DNA of 64,000 nucleotides from NCBI RefSeq assembly GCF_009914755.1, contig NC_060930.1. The stretch is one strand, 5' to 3'. Positions 1 through 18,009 of this stretch are shown one piece after another (position 1 is the first letter of the stretch; each line of letters opens with the position of its first letter). The notes beneath the pieces are model-generated. The model was not told where the DNA came from, did no database searches, and was given only the letters and a program-made list of their open reading frames with translations. Position numbers and translations under genes: made by a program. This DNA comes from the human T2T-CHM13v2.0 reference genome, Homo sapiens.

Positions 1-459
1 TTTTCTGTGAAGCAGATCTGGGCACTGACACCAAGATATTCCTGGGCCTCCCAGAAAGGGCACCACAAAAGGCTGCTGCAACAAGAGCAAGAGCTTGGGA
101 ACAAAGCCGTTCACATTCAGGTCTTGGGTCAGCCATTGCTACCTGAGTGATTAGGGGCAAACACCAGTGACCTTCTGAGTGTAGCACCTAATGCCAGCTA
201 TCAGCGTCATCACTCATACTTTCCTGGTACCCTCTTATTACCATCCACTCCACTTGCCAGGGCAGCCCCCTCCCACTCCTGGTATAATCTAGATATATAA
301 AATCTTGTTTTTGTACTTCATATAAGTGGAAATATACAGCATATGTTATTTTTTCTATCTGGCTTGCTTTTGTTCAACATTATGTTTGTGAGATTCACCG
401 TTTTGTTGCAGGCAGTTGTATTTCATTCATTCTCATTGTTGCATAGAGAGAAGAACCCA

Positions 460-952
460 TATTTGGAGACCTTTTTTTTTTTTTGAGACGAAGTCTCGCT
501 GTCACCCAGACTGGAGTGCAATGGCGTGATCTCAGTTCACTTGCAACCTCCACCTCCTGGGTTCAAGCAGTTCTCTGCCTCAGCCTCCCAAGTAGCTCGG
601 ATTACAGGCGCATGCCACCACACCCGGCTAATTTTTGTATTTTTAGGAGAGACGGGGTTTCACCACGTTGGACAGGCTGGTCTTGAACTCCTGACCTCGT
701 GATCCACACGCCTTGGCCTTCTAAAGTGCTGGGATTGCAGGAGTGTGCCACCGCGCCCAGCGTGAAGACATTTTTGGTTGTCAGAGGTTGAGGGAGGGAA
801 GCAAAAGGTGCTACTGGCATTAGTGGGTAGAGGCCAGGGGTGCCCCTCAGCATCCTACAATGCACAGGGCAGCACATCCTACAACACACAGCCCTCACAA
901 CACGGCATTTTTCAGCCCAAAATGCCAATAGTGCCCACGCTGAGAAACCCTG
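460..952 (+). mobile_element. MER20 (hAT-Charlie) interrupted by Alu 472-761
   Basis: GACATTTTTGGTTGTCA...TGCTACTGGCATTAGTGGGTAGAGGCCAGGG...CATCCTACAATGCACAGG...GAGAAACCCTG. Confidence 0.8.
472..761 (-). mobile_element. Alu (S-type)
   Basis: Antisense dimeric Alu with polyT. Confidence 0.92.
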
Positions 953-959
953 CTCTATA

Positions 960-1240
960 GTAACTGTTGGTGGGCATTTGAGTAGTCCCCAGTTTGGCTC
1001 TATTATGAATATGGCTGCAGCGAATCTTGACTTAGATATCTTTTGATGAATATATTTCATTTCTGTTGAGTAAATACTGGAGAATGGAATTTTGGGTCAT
1101 AGGATATAGGTATGCTCAACTTTAGTAGACATTGTATTGTTGGTTTTTCAAAGTTGTCATACCAATTCACACTTCTCCATCAGGGCATGAGGGTTGCTGT
1201 TGCTCCATATCTTCACGAATTGAATTGGTATTTTCTGCCT
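960..1240 (-). mobile_element. Old L1M fragment (with a further piece at about 250-450)
   Basis: GTTGGTGGGCATTTGAGTAGTCCCCAGTTTGGCTCTATTATGAAT...GGAATTTTGGGTCATAGG...TACCAATTCACACTT typical of antisense L1M 3' regions. Confidence 0.6.
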
Positions 1241-1268
1241 TACTTCCTTTCTCTCTCAATCTCTCTCT

Positions 1269-1410
1269 CTTTTTTTTTTTTTTTTTTTTTTTTTTGAGAC
1301 AGGGTCTCGCTCTGTCACCCAGGTTGGAGTGTAGTGGCACAGTCTGGGCTCACTGCAACATCCGCCTCTCAGGCTCAAGCAATTCTCCTGCCTCAGTCTC
1401 CCCAGTAGCT
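1269..1410 (-). mobile_element. Alu right-arm fragment
   Basis: PolyT followed by GAGACAGGGTCTCGCTCTGTCACCCAGG; truncated. Confidence 0.85.
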
Positions 1411-1760
1411 CTCTGTCTCTCTTTTAATCCCTTTCCTACACCGTCTTCGAATTCAGCTTATGACCACTACTCAATGCAGCAGTGTTTATTGTTAAATAAT
1501 TCTGTTCTGTATTTTGTATAATATGGATTGTGCCCAGATGTGGTTGCTGTGTATCGTAATTAGAGATGGTGTTTGGGAGATGACTTGTAACCAAGGTTTC
1601 TCTCATTTAAATATAAGCACCAGGTGTTTGTGTATTCATTTTCTCCCACTACTACCACCAATTAGTTTTCCATAGTAAATTTTGCTCTAGTGGTTAGATT
1701 GTCCATCATTTGAGTTCATGTTTACTATGTATTTCCAAATTATATAGTAGTTTACCCCAA

Positions 1761-2041
1761 TTTTTTCTGTTTGTTTGAGACGGAGTTTTGCTCTTGTTGC
1801 CTAGGCTGGGGTGCAGTGGCGCAATCTGGGCTCACTGAAACCTCTGCTTCCCGGGTTCAAGTAATTCTTCTGTCTCAGCCTCCCGAGTATCTGGGATTAC
1901 AGGTGCCCACCACCATGCCTGGCTAATTTTTGTATTTTTAGTAGAGGTGGGGTTTCGCCATGTTAGCCAGGCTGGTCTTGAACTCCTTGCCTTGGCCTCC
2001 CAAAGTGCTGGGATTATAGGCATGAGCCACTGAGTCCGGCC
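1761..2041 (-). mobile_element. AluS with internal deletion
   Basis: Antisense Alu lacking the GACCTCAGGTGATCC segment. Confidence 0.9.
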
Positions 2042-2161
2042 TAACATTTTTTTTTTCTTACAATATATTAATTATAGGGAAAGTAGAGATAGGGTCATTG
2101 AGAAAAAAAAATCGAGTAATTTTGCTCTAGTCCCTTGACTCCCAAACTTTGGTCCTAGGAT

Positions 2162-2610
2162 GAGTGGTTTCAGCTTTATCTGGGACCAAAATGCAAATTA
2201 TTATTATTATTATTGAGACAGGGTCTTGCTTTGTCACCCAGGCTAGAGTGCAGTGGCACCATCATGGCTTACCGCAGCCTTAACCTGCCAAATTAAAGTG
2301 ATCTCCCCACCTCAGCCACCCAAGTAGATGGCATGCACCACTGTGCCTGGCTAACTTTTTAATTTTTTTGTAATGACAAGGTCTCACTATGTTGCTCAAG
2401 CTGGTCCCAAACTCCTGGGCTCAAGTAATCCTCTCCCTCGGCCTCCCAAAAGTGCTGGGATTGTAGGCGTGAGCCACCACACTTGTCAGAAATGTAAATT
2501 ATTAAACTCACCTGGAACCTACTGAACTCTTAGGGCAGGGGCCCTGTAACCTGTATTTCTACAGCTCCTCCAGGTGATGAGATGTAAAAGTAAAGTTTGC
2601 AAACCACTAA
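2162..2610. mobile_element. MER5-family fragment split by an AluJ
   Basis: CTCCAGGTGATGAG...AAAGTTTGCAAACCACT end; Alu TSD AAATG(C/T)AAATTATTA. Confidence 0.5.
2200..2485 (-). mobile_element. AluJ
   Basis: Diverged antisense Alu. Confidence 0.88.
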
Positions 2611-3109
2611 TCAGTACTACCCTTATCCTCAAGCTACAGACACACCCAATTTGGCTGATAGTTGTGGAAACCAATGTTTTGGTAATACAATTAATGAGTC
2701 AGTCACCCTCCCAGTGTTAAACAATTTCCACAAGTAAATTCAGTGGTAAGTCTCATCTTGAGATGTTCATTGGCCGTGACCTATTTTTGGCAACTTAGTT
2801 TTCATTTTCCAAGGCCCCAAATGTCAGGATTTTCATTTTTCCAATTGTTAGATGTATGCTAATAGAAGACTGCCCCTAGCCACATGCGCCTTAACATTTG
2901 CCTATTTAAATACTTTGTATACTGTCTTTTGCAAGTATTTGCTTGGCATCATTCAGCATCCAGGAAGTGTTTCCATCATAACTTTGCTGCATCAAAATCA
3001 GGTGCAGATTACACCAGCTCACACAGAGATGGCAAGACCACCTCTGGACTTGCCGCCTGGGTCTTTAAAATTCTGCATGTTAAACTTCTTTCCCCGCCTC
3101 TGAGATAAT

Positions 3110-3777
<668 letters not shown>

Positions 3778-4056
3778 TAAAATAATGCTTTGGGTTCTGT
3801 GATCTAGACAACAATTTCTTTTGTTGCTAATTAGATGAAAGGTATAGAAAGTAAAATGATTGGGCCCCCGGAGAAGCAGGATTTTCCCCAGGGAATCCAA
3901 CAAATCCAGAGAATGTCTTTGTTACGGGAGGATTGTTGTTTTAGTTAAAGATGTGCTTTGGAAATGTCTTCTTCCTTCATGTTAGTATCATGATCATTAT
4001 CATGTTAAAAAAAAAAAAAAAATTTACAAACCACCTGGCCACCCAGAGCAGAATTA

Positions 4057-4427
4057 CAGTCAGCACTCTGTTTCCCCAGGTCCTGAATCCTTGGATTCAA
4101 CCAACCTCAGCACTCTGTTTCCCCAGATCCTGAATCCTTGGATTCGACCTTGGGCGGGGGAAAAAGAGTGGTTGCTTCTGTACTGAATATGTACAGGCTT
4201 TTTTTTTTTCTTGGCATTATTCCCTAAGGAATACAGCATAACAACTGTTTACATAGCATTTACATTGTATTCGGTATTATAAGTAATTTAGAGATGATTT
4301 AAAGTACAAGAAAGGCTGTGCATAGGTTATATGCAAATACTACATCATGTTATATCAGGGACTTATGCATTTGTGGACTTTGTATCCTCAGAGGTCCTGG
4401 AACTCATCCCTGGAACAGGGACGACTG
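4057..4427 (+). mobile_element. Tigger3a/MER7A-type TcMar MITE
   Basis: TA|CAGTC...CGACTG|TA termini; internal CATAGCATTTACATTGTATT...GGTTATATGCAAATACTAC. Confidence 0.8.
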
Positions 4428-5229
4428 TACTTAATACGCTGTCCAAAATGAATTGGACTGCCAGCATTCTCTACTTTTTCATGTATTACTCTTAGGTCAG
4501 GGGAAAAAACAAATCTCTGTATTTTATAATTAAGAATGAATCCCTGAGTCATTTGACTTCTTCAATGACAGAGCAAGCCACGTAAAAATACCCTTCCAAG
4601 GAAAGCCATCAGGGAGCCTCAGAATGGGTACAGTTTCACCCCATTTACCTAACCTTTTCTGCCAGTGCAGCTGAGCCTCTCAACGCGACTTTAACAAACT
4701 CTCTCTGAGCCAGTCTTCTCAGTGCCATCTTTGCTTTCATTCAACTTTACATGTCTAGTGTTGCTGCTCAAACCTGTGTCCCCTCAAGTCCTTTCCCAAC
4801 TAAAGGATGGTGGTTAATTGACAATAGACAAACAAGTCTCAGAACAATTATGAGGGTGTAATGAAGTGTGCATTCGTACATGCAATTAAATAGAGGAAAG
4901 ATGCAGGAGGGAATGTGTACACAATCCTCCTCCAGCTGGCACGCCCTGCCTGGAGGTGCTCCTCCACTGGAAGCCTGTTGTGTGCTCCTCTGGCAAGGAG
5001 ATGAAGTCCCAGATTTTTAGTGCCTCATGCAAGGTCTTTTCCACCTCCTTCACTAGTTGACTTAGCCTGGCATGTAGCAAACTCTCAGTGTCATCTGCCT
5101 CCAACACAGTTTTCCCCAGGTCTTTCGTACCTTGGCCTTCACATGGGAAGCCAAGAGATGCTGAGCACATGGAGGAGGGCAATCTTTTCCCCCTTTGATT
5201 ATTATTTTTTTAATTCATTGAGATTCTAA

Positions 5230-5622
<393 letters not shown>

Positions 5623-7519
5623 TCAAATAATGTCTGCAAAATAAAAGACTATGAACGGAATATGGAGAAAGCCTCTAAGATGGCCCCAGGGGAGTGTTAA
5701 CATGTCTAGCCTGATTAATTGGCTAGTTTGGGAATAATTCTATCCAAAGTGAGTGACAAGGCATGGCTGGCTAGTGTCAACTTTGTCCTCAGCTATAGTT
5801 AAAGGCAGGCCTGGAGGGCTGACTTGTTCAGTCTCAGTAGCAAAAAAGTGCATGGTGTCTGGATAAGCAGGTTGTACAGCCTATTAGAAAAGAAAGGTAA
5901 CAGTCTTCCTCTAATGCAATAAGGGATTTTTTTTAAAGTTCTCCTGTCAAGATTTTTTAATACCAGAATCTGAGAGTGGAGAAAATTGGCCCAAGGACAG
6001 ACAAAAGAGCTGGGAGGAAAATCGACTATATTTTTCAACACACAATGCCATTTGAAGTACTGGATTGAGTACGGAAGTATTACGAACATTCCTAATTTGG
6101 TTAGTGTCTATATTTCTTAATATAGTAATGCTATTAATGTCTGTCTCCTAAGTTTGTATAAATCCAAACCCCCATGTTATTGGCCAGTTGGAAACAATAA
6201 TGTAAACAGACTCTGTTGCCCAAATTAAGTTATGTGCACCGAATGCTTTGTCAAACTGTAACTATTTTAATGTTCATTCTAAGCCACAAATCTTTGCCAA
6301 AGAAGATACTGAATTACTCTCTTTTGTTTAGGAGTAGAATACACAATAACCTAATATTTAAAAGTATTATTCAGAAGAAGAAAAACTTAGGATTGAATTT
6401 TTCTTTATCATAAATTTTAGATCATTCTCTTTGCTCGATTCCATAGAAGACACTAAGAATTAGACTGAACTGCTTTCTCATTGTATTGTTTTCTACTTGA
6501 CCTAAAAATCCAGGGGTGGGTTATATAGAGAGTTTATTTAGGAGACTTTGGTAAGGGAGAGAGAAAAATAATGTACAAGCTGGAAACGCATGAAAAATGT
6601 AAACAATGAAAGTTAGAAGAATGGAAGCGACAGTGTGCTCAGGAAATGATGTGTCATTTGGTCGGAGTTCAGGGTGCCCCTGAATCCCAGGAGGGTAGCA
6701 CTTGCTTTCCTGCCCATTGTGAAGGCAAGGAATCCGCGTGTTGTCCTATCAATTCCATTCATGGCAGGGTAGAGACTTTTCAAATGGAAGAAAATGTGCA
6801 TTAAAGGACATTCTTTCTGCATGGGGTGGGGTAGTGAACGTGTTGGGGTTGAGGCACGGAGTTGTTTAGGTCAGGTGAATAGTGAGGGGAAATGGGCAGG
6901 CAGTCAATGGTTAAGTTGGTGTTTTGCAAGCCATTTTAAGAGGATACCAAATAAAATGCATTAATCTACATTTCATTAAAAATTAGTTGGTGGGAAAGTG
7001 GAAAGTTGAAGATGAGAACTTTCCAAGTAAAACAGCTTCATACTCCTTGGCCAGAACACCACTATATTTACAAATAGGGGATAAAAACACCCACTTCCTA
7101 GGTGGTCCATAAGCTTAACTGGGCAGGCATATGACACTTCTGAGCATTTGATGCCGTTCTCTGGGGGGGTTAAAGCCTGAATGCCCACCAAATCCCCTGT
7201 CTGAGCATCATTTGTGACCAAGATTCAAATTATTTCCCATGAAGCTCTAAGGTCTCATATAACTCAGTGGATGTAGCTCACGACTTCTTCTTTTGACCCC
7301 AGTATTCTAAGACAAACACCACAGCCGAAGCTGGAAGTGAGAGGAGAGGGGTTCGTTTCAGAGTCAGGAGCCCAAGGCGCCCCAGCAATTTCAGACCCCC
7401 TGGGACAGGAACTCCTCCTCCAGTAAGCTCTTGTTTTGAAAAACAGTGGGGTGGGGCCAAAAAAGCATTACAATGGAGCTGGGATGGATGAGGCTTTCTT
7501 TTATTTGAGATGTCACTTG

Positions 7520-9092
<1,573 letters not shown>

Positions 9093-9136
9093 TGAAAGGG
9101 CTTTAGAATAACCAGCCACTTTTTATTAGGAAGTAG

Positions 9137-9497
<361 letters not shown>

Positions 9498-9639
9498 CAG
9501 AATGATGTTCTTTATGTGATAATTCACATGTTCTAGCACTACTAAGTAATACCTTTCCATGCTATCACTTGGTGGTCCATCAAGTTCTTTTTCACACATC
9601 ATCTTATTACATCTTTACCACAATAGCTGTTAGTCCACA

Positions 9640-10017
9640 CTGGTGTTCTTTCTTTCCTCTAAATTTGTCAGGCTTGCTCTTACCCCAGGATCTTTGCCTT
9701 GGCCACCCTCCTGCCTACTCCAGGCCTCCACAGGCTCCTTCCCCTTAGCCAGATCTCAGCTCTCAGGTGTCAGCAGCTCTGATACTCCCCCTCATTGGCC
9801 AGCACACCACTCTGTTTTTCTTTTAAAGAGTTTATTGCCCTGTGGAATTAGGATATTTACCTATTTGCATGGGTTTGTTCTTGGTCTCCTCTGCATTTGT
9901 TCCATGAAGCCAGGGTTATTTTCTATCTCATTAACTGCTCCTCAGTGCTTAGAACAGAGAGTAAATGCTCAATAAGTATATATTAGATGAATAAATCAGT
10001 GAGTGAGTGAATGAATG
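9640..10017 (+). mobile_element. L2 3' end fragment
   Basis: CAGTGCTTAGAACAGAG...ATGCTCAATAAGTAT...GAATGAAT terminal motif. Confidence 0.65.
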
Positions 10018-10953
10018 GTAAAGCATGAAGCTTTACTATGGCACCAGAGCTGTCTCCCTAAGACATTGTTGAGCTGAGAAATATTTGGACTCATGCATGT
10101 ACCATATTATATGTGTAGGATTTTTAAAAATACATTTTATTTCAAATAAAATAATGAGATCCTAGCAGAAACTCCTTGCTTTCTCACCCGAATTTTCCTA
10201 TCTTTACTAATTTACCAGACCGATTGTTTTTTAAAGTGTATAAAACATGATGGGATTTCTTCTGAAGAAAACAGCGTGCTTTGGACTCAATGAAAAATAC
10301 AAAATGGATCTCTGATGAACTAGACAGCATTATTATAGCAAGAGAAAAGCAATCATTGTTCTGGCTGTTGGGGGATTGCCAAGTTCGAAAGGCTGGTAGG
10401 TGCTCTCAGGCTGCAGGGCAGGGCCTGCTGGGCGATAAACACGCCGGCATTCTCTGGAAAATACCATGCCTGGTGTTTGAATCCCAGGGTGACTTTCCTG
10501 GTGAATGCGGCTCACTCGTATGCTGCGCACACTGTTTCCGCACCTGCCTCTGCCTGGGTTCATCCTCTCTTCACCTTTGATCTGTTGTTTCCACCATTCG
10601 CATATCATTGAGGAGCATTAGGTACTTAGGAGCTGATTTTCATATTTAAATATTTATTCCCTTTCTATTTTCATTCTTTCCTTAAAATTCATAAAAGTTG
10701 GGTCCCAGTCAAGTGGTTCCTTAAGTATTGTGCTGAGATGAGGGCATTTCATAAGTTAACAAAAGTCTAAATTGTTGCTTTTTTTTTTTTTTTTTAGAAA
10801 AACATGGGTTTTGGTTTCTATTAAATGTAAATATCTGTGGTTATTTTGCCAGAAGCCTGGTCAGTTTTATCAATGTCAAATAATATAAGAAAATCAAGGG
10901 AAAAAGAATTCCCCTTTTTTCCTTACCCCTTTCTGATCTCTTGGGAGACCAAA

Positions 10954-11045
10954 AGAATGATATCTGGATAGGTGTAGGAGAGAATGCTATCTAGATGGGT
11001 ATAGGAGAGAACGACATCTACATGGGTAGAGGAGAGAATGCTACC
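10954..11045. repeat. 27-bp tandem repeat, about 3.4 copies
   Basis: AGAATGATATCTGGATAGGTGTAGGAG / AGAATGCTATCTAGATGGGTATAGGAG / AGAACGACATCTACATGGGTAGAGGAG. Confidence 0.85.
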
Positions 11046-11804
11046 TTTTCTTCTCTTTTTTAGGAGAGAGAACACCTTTTTTGCTGTAGGTTTATGCCAT
11101 GGCATGCTGGCTTCTGCCTTCTCACTGCAACAGTGTGGCCCCATGTAAATCATAGAACCTCATGGGACCTCAAATCTCTCCAGCTACAAAATGGGGAACC
11201 CAGGTAGAAAGACCCCTTTCATTCCTACACATACCTTTCTTTGCAGAAGACACAATGCCTAGAACAATGTAAAGACCTCCCACGCTGCTAGTGGGAATCT
11301 ATAGAGAGAAAGGCAGAAGGGCTGGTGAGCCTGGATCATGTACTGCCCATCAACTTTGGCAAGCGCATCCCATTTCCCTTGCAGGAATTAGAGGCGAGAG
11401 CTCCTCCAGAGAGCAACTGCCTGGAGAGGAAGGCCATTGCGGTCCATGTCAGTGGTCTGTCCTGTCTGATTCTGCAAGGGATGCCTTTCAGGATAACGTG
11501 CCATGTCCTGGGGCTTTGTTTCTTTCCTTTCTTAGACTCTGGGCAACATCCTGGTTCAGGGAGAAAGGATATCCTGCTTCTAGGTAGGCCTTCACAAATT
11601 ACAAGTGAATTACAGCAAACAAATCTTCAAATGCTCTAGCCCTAGTAGTGCCTCTCTCTACCTTCAAAGGCAGTGGAAAATCTAATCCCACGCTCGAGTA
11701 ACTCCCATGGTTTTACACTTGAGCATTCTTTGTGATTTAAGATTTGGCATGTGAATCTGGTTCTTATATAACCACACAGCCGTTAATCAATATCAGCTCT
11801 TCTA

Positions 11805-12096
<292 letters not shown>

Positions 12097-12820
12097 GAGC
12101 TCTTCTATTTTCAATGTCATGTTTTAAGAGGAAAAATTCTTCTGTCCGTACAGGGTAAACATCTTTTTGCAAACGTGCAAGTGCAGGTGGTGCTGTTCAT
12201 TTCTTCCCTCAAAGCGACCGCCTCCCTTTCTCCTAAATACCTTAAATTAAAATGTGTTAGCAAGACCCTGTGCAGGCATTTCAGGTTTCCCAAAACACCC
12301 CCAAGAGCAATGTGACCGAGAAAATGATTAGTACCTTAGAATTAGATGGTTTCAGAAAACAAAGTGAAAATCGGTTCGAATTGGCGAGACTGAATAGAAG
12401 GGATATTCATAGAAGTAGCAGTAAATCACAGAGCTTCACACTGCCTTTTTTTTTTCTTGGTGCCTTTCTACTGAGAGTGACTTCTCTTTTGGTTTTCAAC
12501 CACTAGGCTCTCTCTACACTGTTAGAAATGGTGATACAACAGGCCAGAAAGAGGTCCTTAGGGGCCCCAGTCTCTCACTCCTTTTCAGGGGAACCAGGTA
12601 AAGTGGTTGTCCTTCTCTTCTGTGTGGCTTGTGCACAGATGGGGTGTCTAGCCCCCTCCCTTCTGCTTACATTCTCAAAGGAAATTCTCCAGGACCACAG
12701 ATTTCTCTGACCCACGTTACAGAGCATCAGGCTGTGACAGCCGTAACTTCTGACTTCCGGTACACCCTTATATTTTCTAACATCTCTGAGCTTTGTAATG
12801 ATTGCTCTAAGTCACTTTAA

Positions 12821-13438
<618 letters not shown>

Positions 13439-13687
13439 TGACCTTTCTCATGCCATGATATTTTTCTTCCATAAGAATGTTTTCATTTATTTCGTTTCCT
13501 TTTTCCATTTTGTATACGTTTTCCTTTTTTTTTTTCAGGGCCCTTTTGTCAAATTCTCTCAACCTCAGAAGGGATCACATGATCCCATTTCCTCATTTTT
13601 TAATTCTAAAAATATCGTGTTTCCTACTTTGATTTATTTTGCTTTTTAAACTGTGACTTTTATTTATATGTGCACATTCTTTGGGAG

Positions 13688-14140
13688 GGTGTTAGGACTC
13701 TTTCGGTTGCAAGTGTCAGAAACTCAACTCAAAGGAGCTTAAACAAGCACCAGAAGTTACCGGGTCACACATCTGAGATGCCCAAGGGAGCTCCCAATCA
13801 AGCTGGATCAGCGAGTCAAACCGTGTGCTCAGGACCCTTTCTTGCTAGGTCATCTCCCTGTGGGGAGACCAACTGTCCCAGTTTGCCCAGGTCTGAGGGG
13901 CAGTCCTGGGCATGGGACCTTGATGGGTACAACCAGGTCGAGATGGTCCCCCTATCTCTCTGCATCTCTGTGCTGGCTTCCATCAGGCAAATTCTCCCCA
14001 GAAAGCCAGAAGTAGCTCCAAGTGTACTTGCTTTTCACAGTGGTTACTCCTGGGGGACAAGAAATACTTTTTCCTGAGAGTTCCAGCGGCAGCTTAAGGG
14101 AGACCTCAGATTGGCCCTGCTTGGTCCAAATTCCCATCCC
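13688..14140 (-). mobile_element. Old MaLR (MLT1-type) LTR fragment containing a MER81
   Basis: GGACTCTTTCGGTTGCAAGTGTCAGAAACTCAACTCAAA resembles an MLT1K/L end. Confidence 0.45.
13861..13954. mobile_element. MER81-like hAT MITE
   Basis: TIR-like GGGGAGACCAACTGTCCC...GATGGTCCCCCTA with 8-bp TSD TCTCCCTG/TCTCTCTG. Confidence 0.6.
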
Positions 14141-14142
14141 TG

Positions 14143-14899
<757 letters not shown>

Positions 14900-15147
14900 T
14901 TAGAGGGGCAAGATTTAGTTTTATACATATGGGTGTGTGAGTGGATACAACATTAACCATTTGTACAATTTTAACTGACCTAACCGTACCCTTTTCTCTC
15001 ATAAAAACATGTTCAATAATAATGTCACTCTATTATATTTGGACAATGCTTAATTTGCAAGGGAAATTTCTTACACATTATCTCCTTTAATTCTTATAAA
15101 ACCCCATAAGAAGGGGACTGTTCCCATTTTACAGATGAGAAAGTTTA

Positions 15148-15546
<399 letters not shown>

Positions 15547-16289
15547 TTAACAAGAAATCAAAATAAAAAGAAACATCCAAGGGAAGGAGGTAGCACATGT
15601 TATCCGCTTATTTTAAATTGAACCCAGTTTAATGAATTCTTCATTGAATGATTGCAATTACTGCGAATATTCTGAAGATGAAACTTAGCTAATTCTAAGT
15701 CTTATTCAGCTTGCGGAATGGTTATATAATTAGACCCACTCAAAAACTTTCTCTTTCATCCTGATATTCAGCCCATTTTCCTGGAGATTTTGGCTTTTTC
15801 ATGTGAGCAGAGGTGCAGGAAAGATGAAGGCAATTAATGTTTACTGAACATGTGCCTATGGGTTTAGAGTATCTCAGTTGAATCTCCACAAGAATCCCAT
15901 CCAGTGGGTACTTAAATCCACATTTTGCAAATATGAAGACGGGACCAGAGGGGCTGAGTAATGTGCCCTGTTCCAAAAGCAGGAAGCAGAGTAGAGAATG
16001 TGTGTGGCGGGCCCCTCAAATTCTACATGCTCTGAACTAAACTCAGACTCTCCCCTTTGCAAGTCTCTGAATTTGACACCATTCTCTGTTAGCTCAGACC
16101 TGCGGGCTGGTCTCCCTTAGCTCTCCCTACCCTCATCCCTGCTGATCTGGCTCTTCCTGGAGTGTAGAAGTCAAGGGCTCAGGCTCCAGAGTCAGAGAGA
16201 ACCAGGTTGGACTCCTGGCTCCTCCATCACCAGCCATGTATCCCCCGACATCTGTCAACCTTGGTCTTAGCATTGCAATATGGCACAGA

Positions 16290-16460
16290 TGGCAGAAGCC
16301 TGGACCCTGCAGCCAGATGGCCTGAATGTGAATCCCGGCTCTGTCACTTAGAAGTTGTGTGACCTCGGACAAAGTACCTGACTTTTGTGTCTCAGTGACT
16401 TCATCTGTAAAATGGGACAATAATAATAGATATCAAATATGTAAGGTCTAAATGAGTTAT
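16290..16460 (+). mobile_element. MIR
   Basis: GAATCCCGGCTCTGTCACTTAG...GTGACCTCGGACAAAG...CTCAGT...CATCTGTAAAATGGG core. Confidence 0.75.
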
Positions 16461-16489
16461 TGTTATTGTATTTTCATCTATAAGATGGA

Positions 16490-17000
16490 TATTCATTTAA
16501 TAAATATTTATGGAGCAACCAGACACTTTGCTGGGTACTGAGAAATAGTAGTGAATGAGACACATAAGGCCCCTACCTCATGGAGGATACATTTTAGAAG
16601 GAAGAGACAGCCAATAAATAGTAGAGAGAGAGAAGCCAGATCATTAGAGTTGATGAGAAATGCTATGAGGGAAATACACAGGGAGCAACCTACTGTAGAT
16701 GAAATGGGACAGGAAGGCTTCTTGGCAATGGTAGCACATGAACTGCCTCCCAAAATGAGAGTGAGCCAGCCACGCACTTGTGAAAGAGGTCCCAGGCAGA
16801 GGGAATAGGGATCGCAAAGGTCGTGGGTGAGCCTGGTGTCTGCAGAGCCAGAAAAGCAGCCCGTGTGGCCATAGCCGAGCGAACGAGGATGAGAGCTGGA
16901 CTGAGCATGAGGCAGGCAGTGCATGAACCACACAGGCCCTTGCAGGAGGCCAGAGAAAAACAGATCTGACAGTGCCCTGCTTGTGGGCAAGTGCTGGGCA
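16490..17000 (-). mobile_element. L2 3' fragment
   Basis: ATTCATTTAATAAATATTTATGGAGCA...CTGGGTACTGAGAAATAGTAGTGAATGAGAC. Confidence 0.65.
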
Positions 17001-17046
17001 CAGAATAAACACTCAGCAAAATGGATCTTGCCACAGGCCTGTTTTC

Positions 17047-17472
17047 TGTGGAGTCCTAATTAGGGAAAAGGAGTCAAGCTGGTGGGATCAAGGGAAAGCA
17101 GAGGGAAAGCAGATAAGCTGCAAGTCCGCCTTTCTTCATGGTCCAGGACACAACCTCCTGAGCCAATAATTCACGATTTTCCCACGACCAGCTATCACCA
17201 GACACCTGCAGATTAGCTCCCCGCAACCTTGGCATTGTCAGTACTGCACAAAGCTCTCTTCAGCATGAACACTACCCTATAAAATCTCCAGCAAGGCTTT
17301 GTTTCTTTGCAGTCAGCTTCTGCTGGCCTGCCCGTTGCCTTTTCGCAATGTATCTTCCTACTTTCTTGAAGAAATCTACCTTTCTCTACCTACAACAGTC
17401 TTGGTAAATTCTTCTTGGTAAATTCTTTTCCCCCCACACCACCGGCCAAGATAGTATCGCTCCCCCGTGACA
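17047..17472 (+). mobile_element. Solo ERV LTR, LTR47-like (ERVL)
   Basis: TG...CA termini (TGTGGAGTCCTAATTAGGGAAAAGGAGTC ... CCCGTGACA) and TATAAAA 17278-17284. Family name from recalled consensus. Confidence 0.7.
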
Positions 17473-18009
17473 CGTTCCACTTCTGGCGCCGTCGTCTACC
17501 CTTCTTCTTTCTCTTAAAGTTGTATAATTTCTTCCTAACTAGTTTCCCTGTTCCGTGCTTTAATCCATCCTCCACAGTGACAGGATGGCCTTTGTAACAT
17601 GCACCCATGATCATGCGATCACATCCCTCTCCTCCTTAGAAGCTGTGTATGGATTCCCTTCCCCTACGGTGTATGGATAGCATCCCAGCACCTTCACCAA
17701 ACACAGAGAGCTCCTCGAGATCTGGCCCCCTTGGCCTTTCCAGTGACTTCTCTAGCTGCGCCCTTCCCCAGATAACTTGCGGATCCCTGTTCTGCCACTC
17801 CCAGCCTTCCTGCCCTGACGCATGCAGTCCCTCTCCCGGGAGGCTCCCGGATGCTCTTCCTCCCTATCCTGCATCTGATTGATGTGTGCTTTTTTTTTTT
17901 TTTAATTCAGCTTAGAGTCACACTCTGTAAAATTCTTTTCCTGATTCTCACTCATCTGGACTCCCGTACAACGTTGTACTATTATTGGTCTTTTTATTTT
18001 TAATCTTTA

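Noticed and set aside
4886-5182. 98-aa minus-strand ORF with a helical-looking segment (LSQLVKEVEKTLHEALKIW)
   Set aside because: No family recognised and no splice or poly(A) context; the length is compatible with chance.
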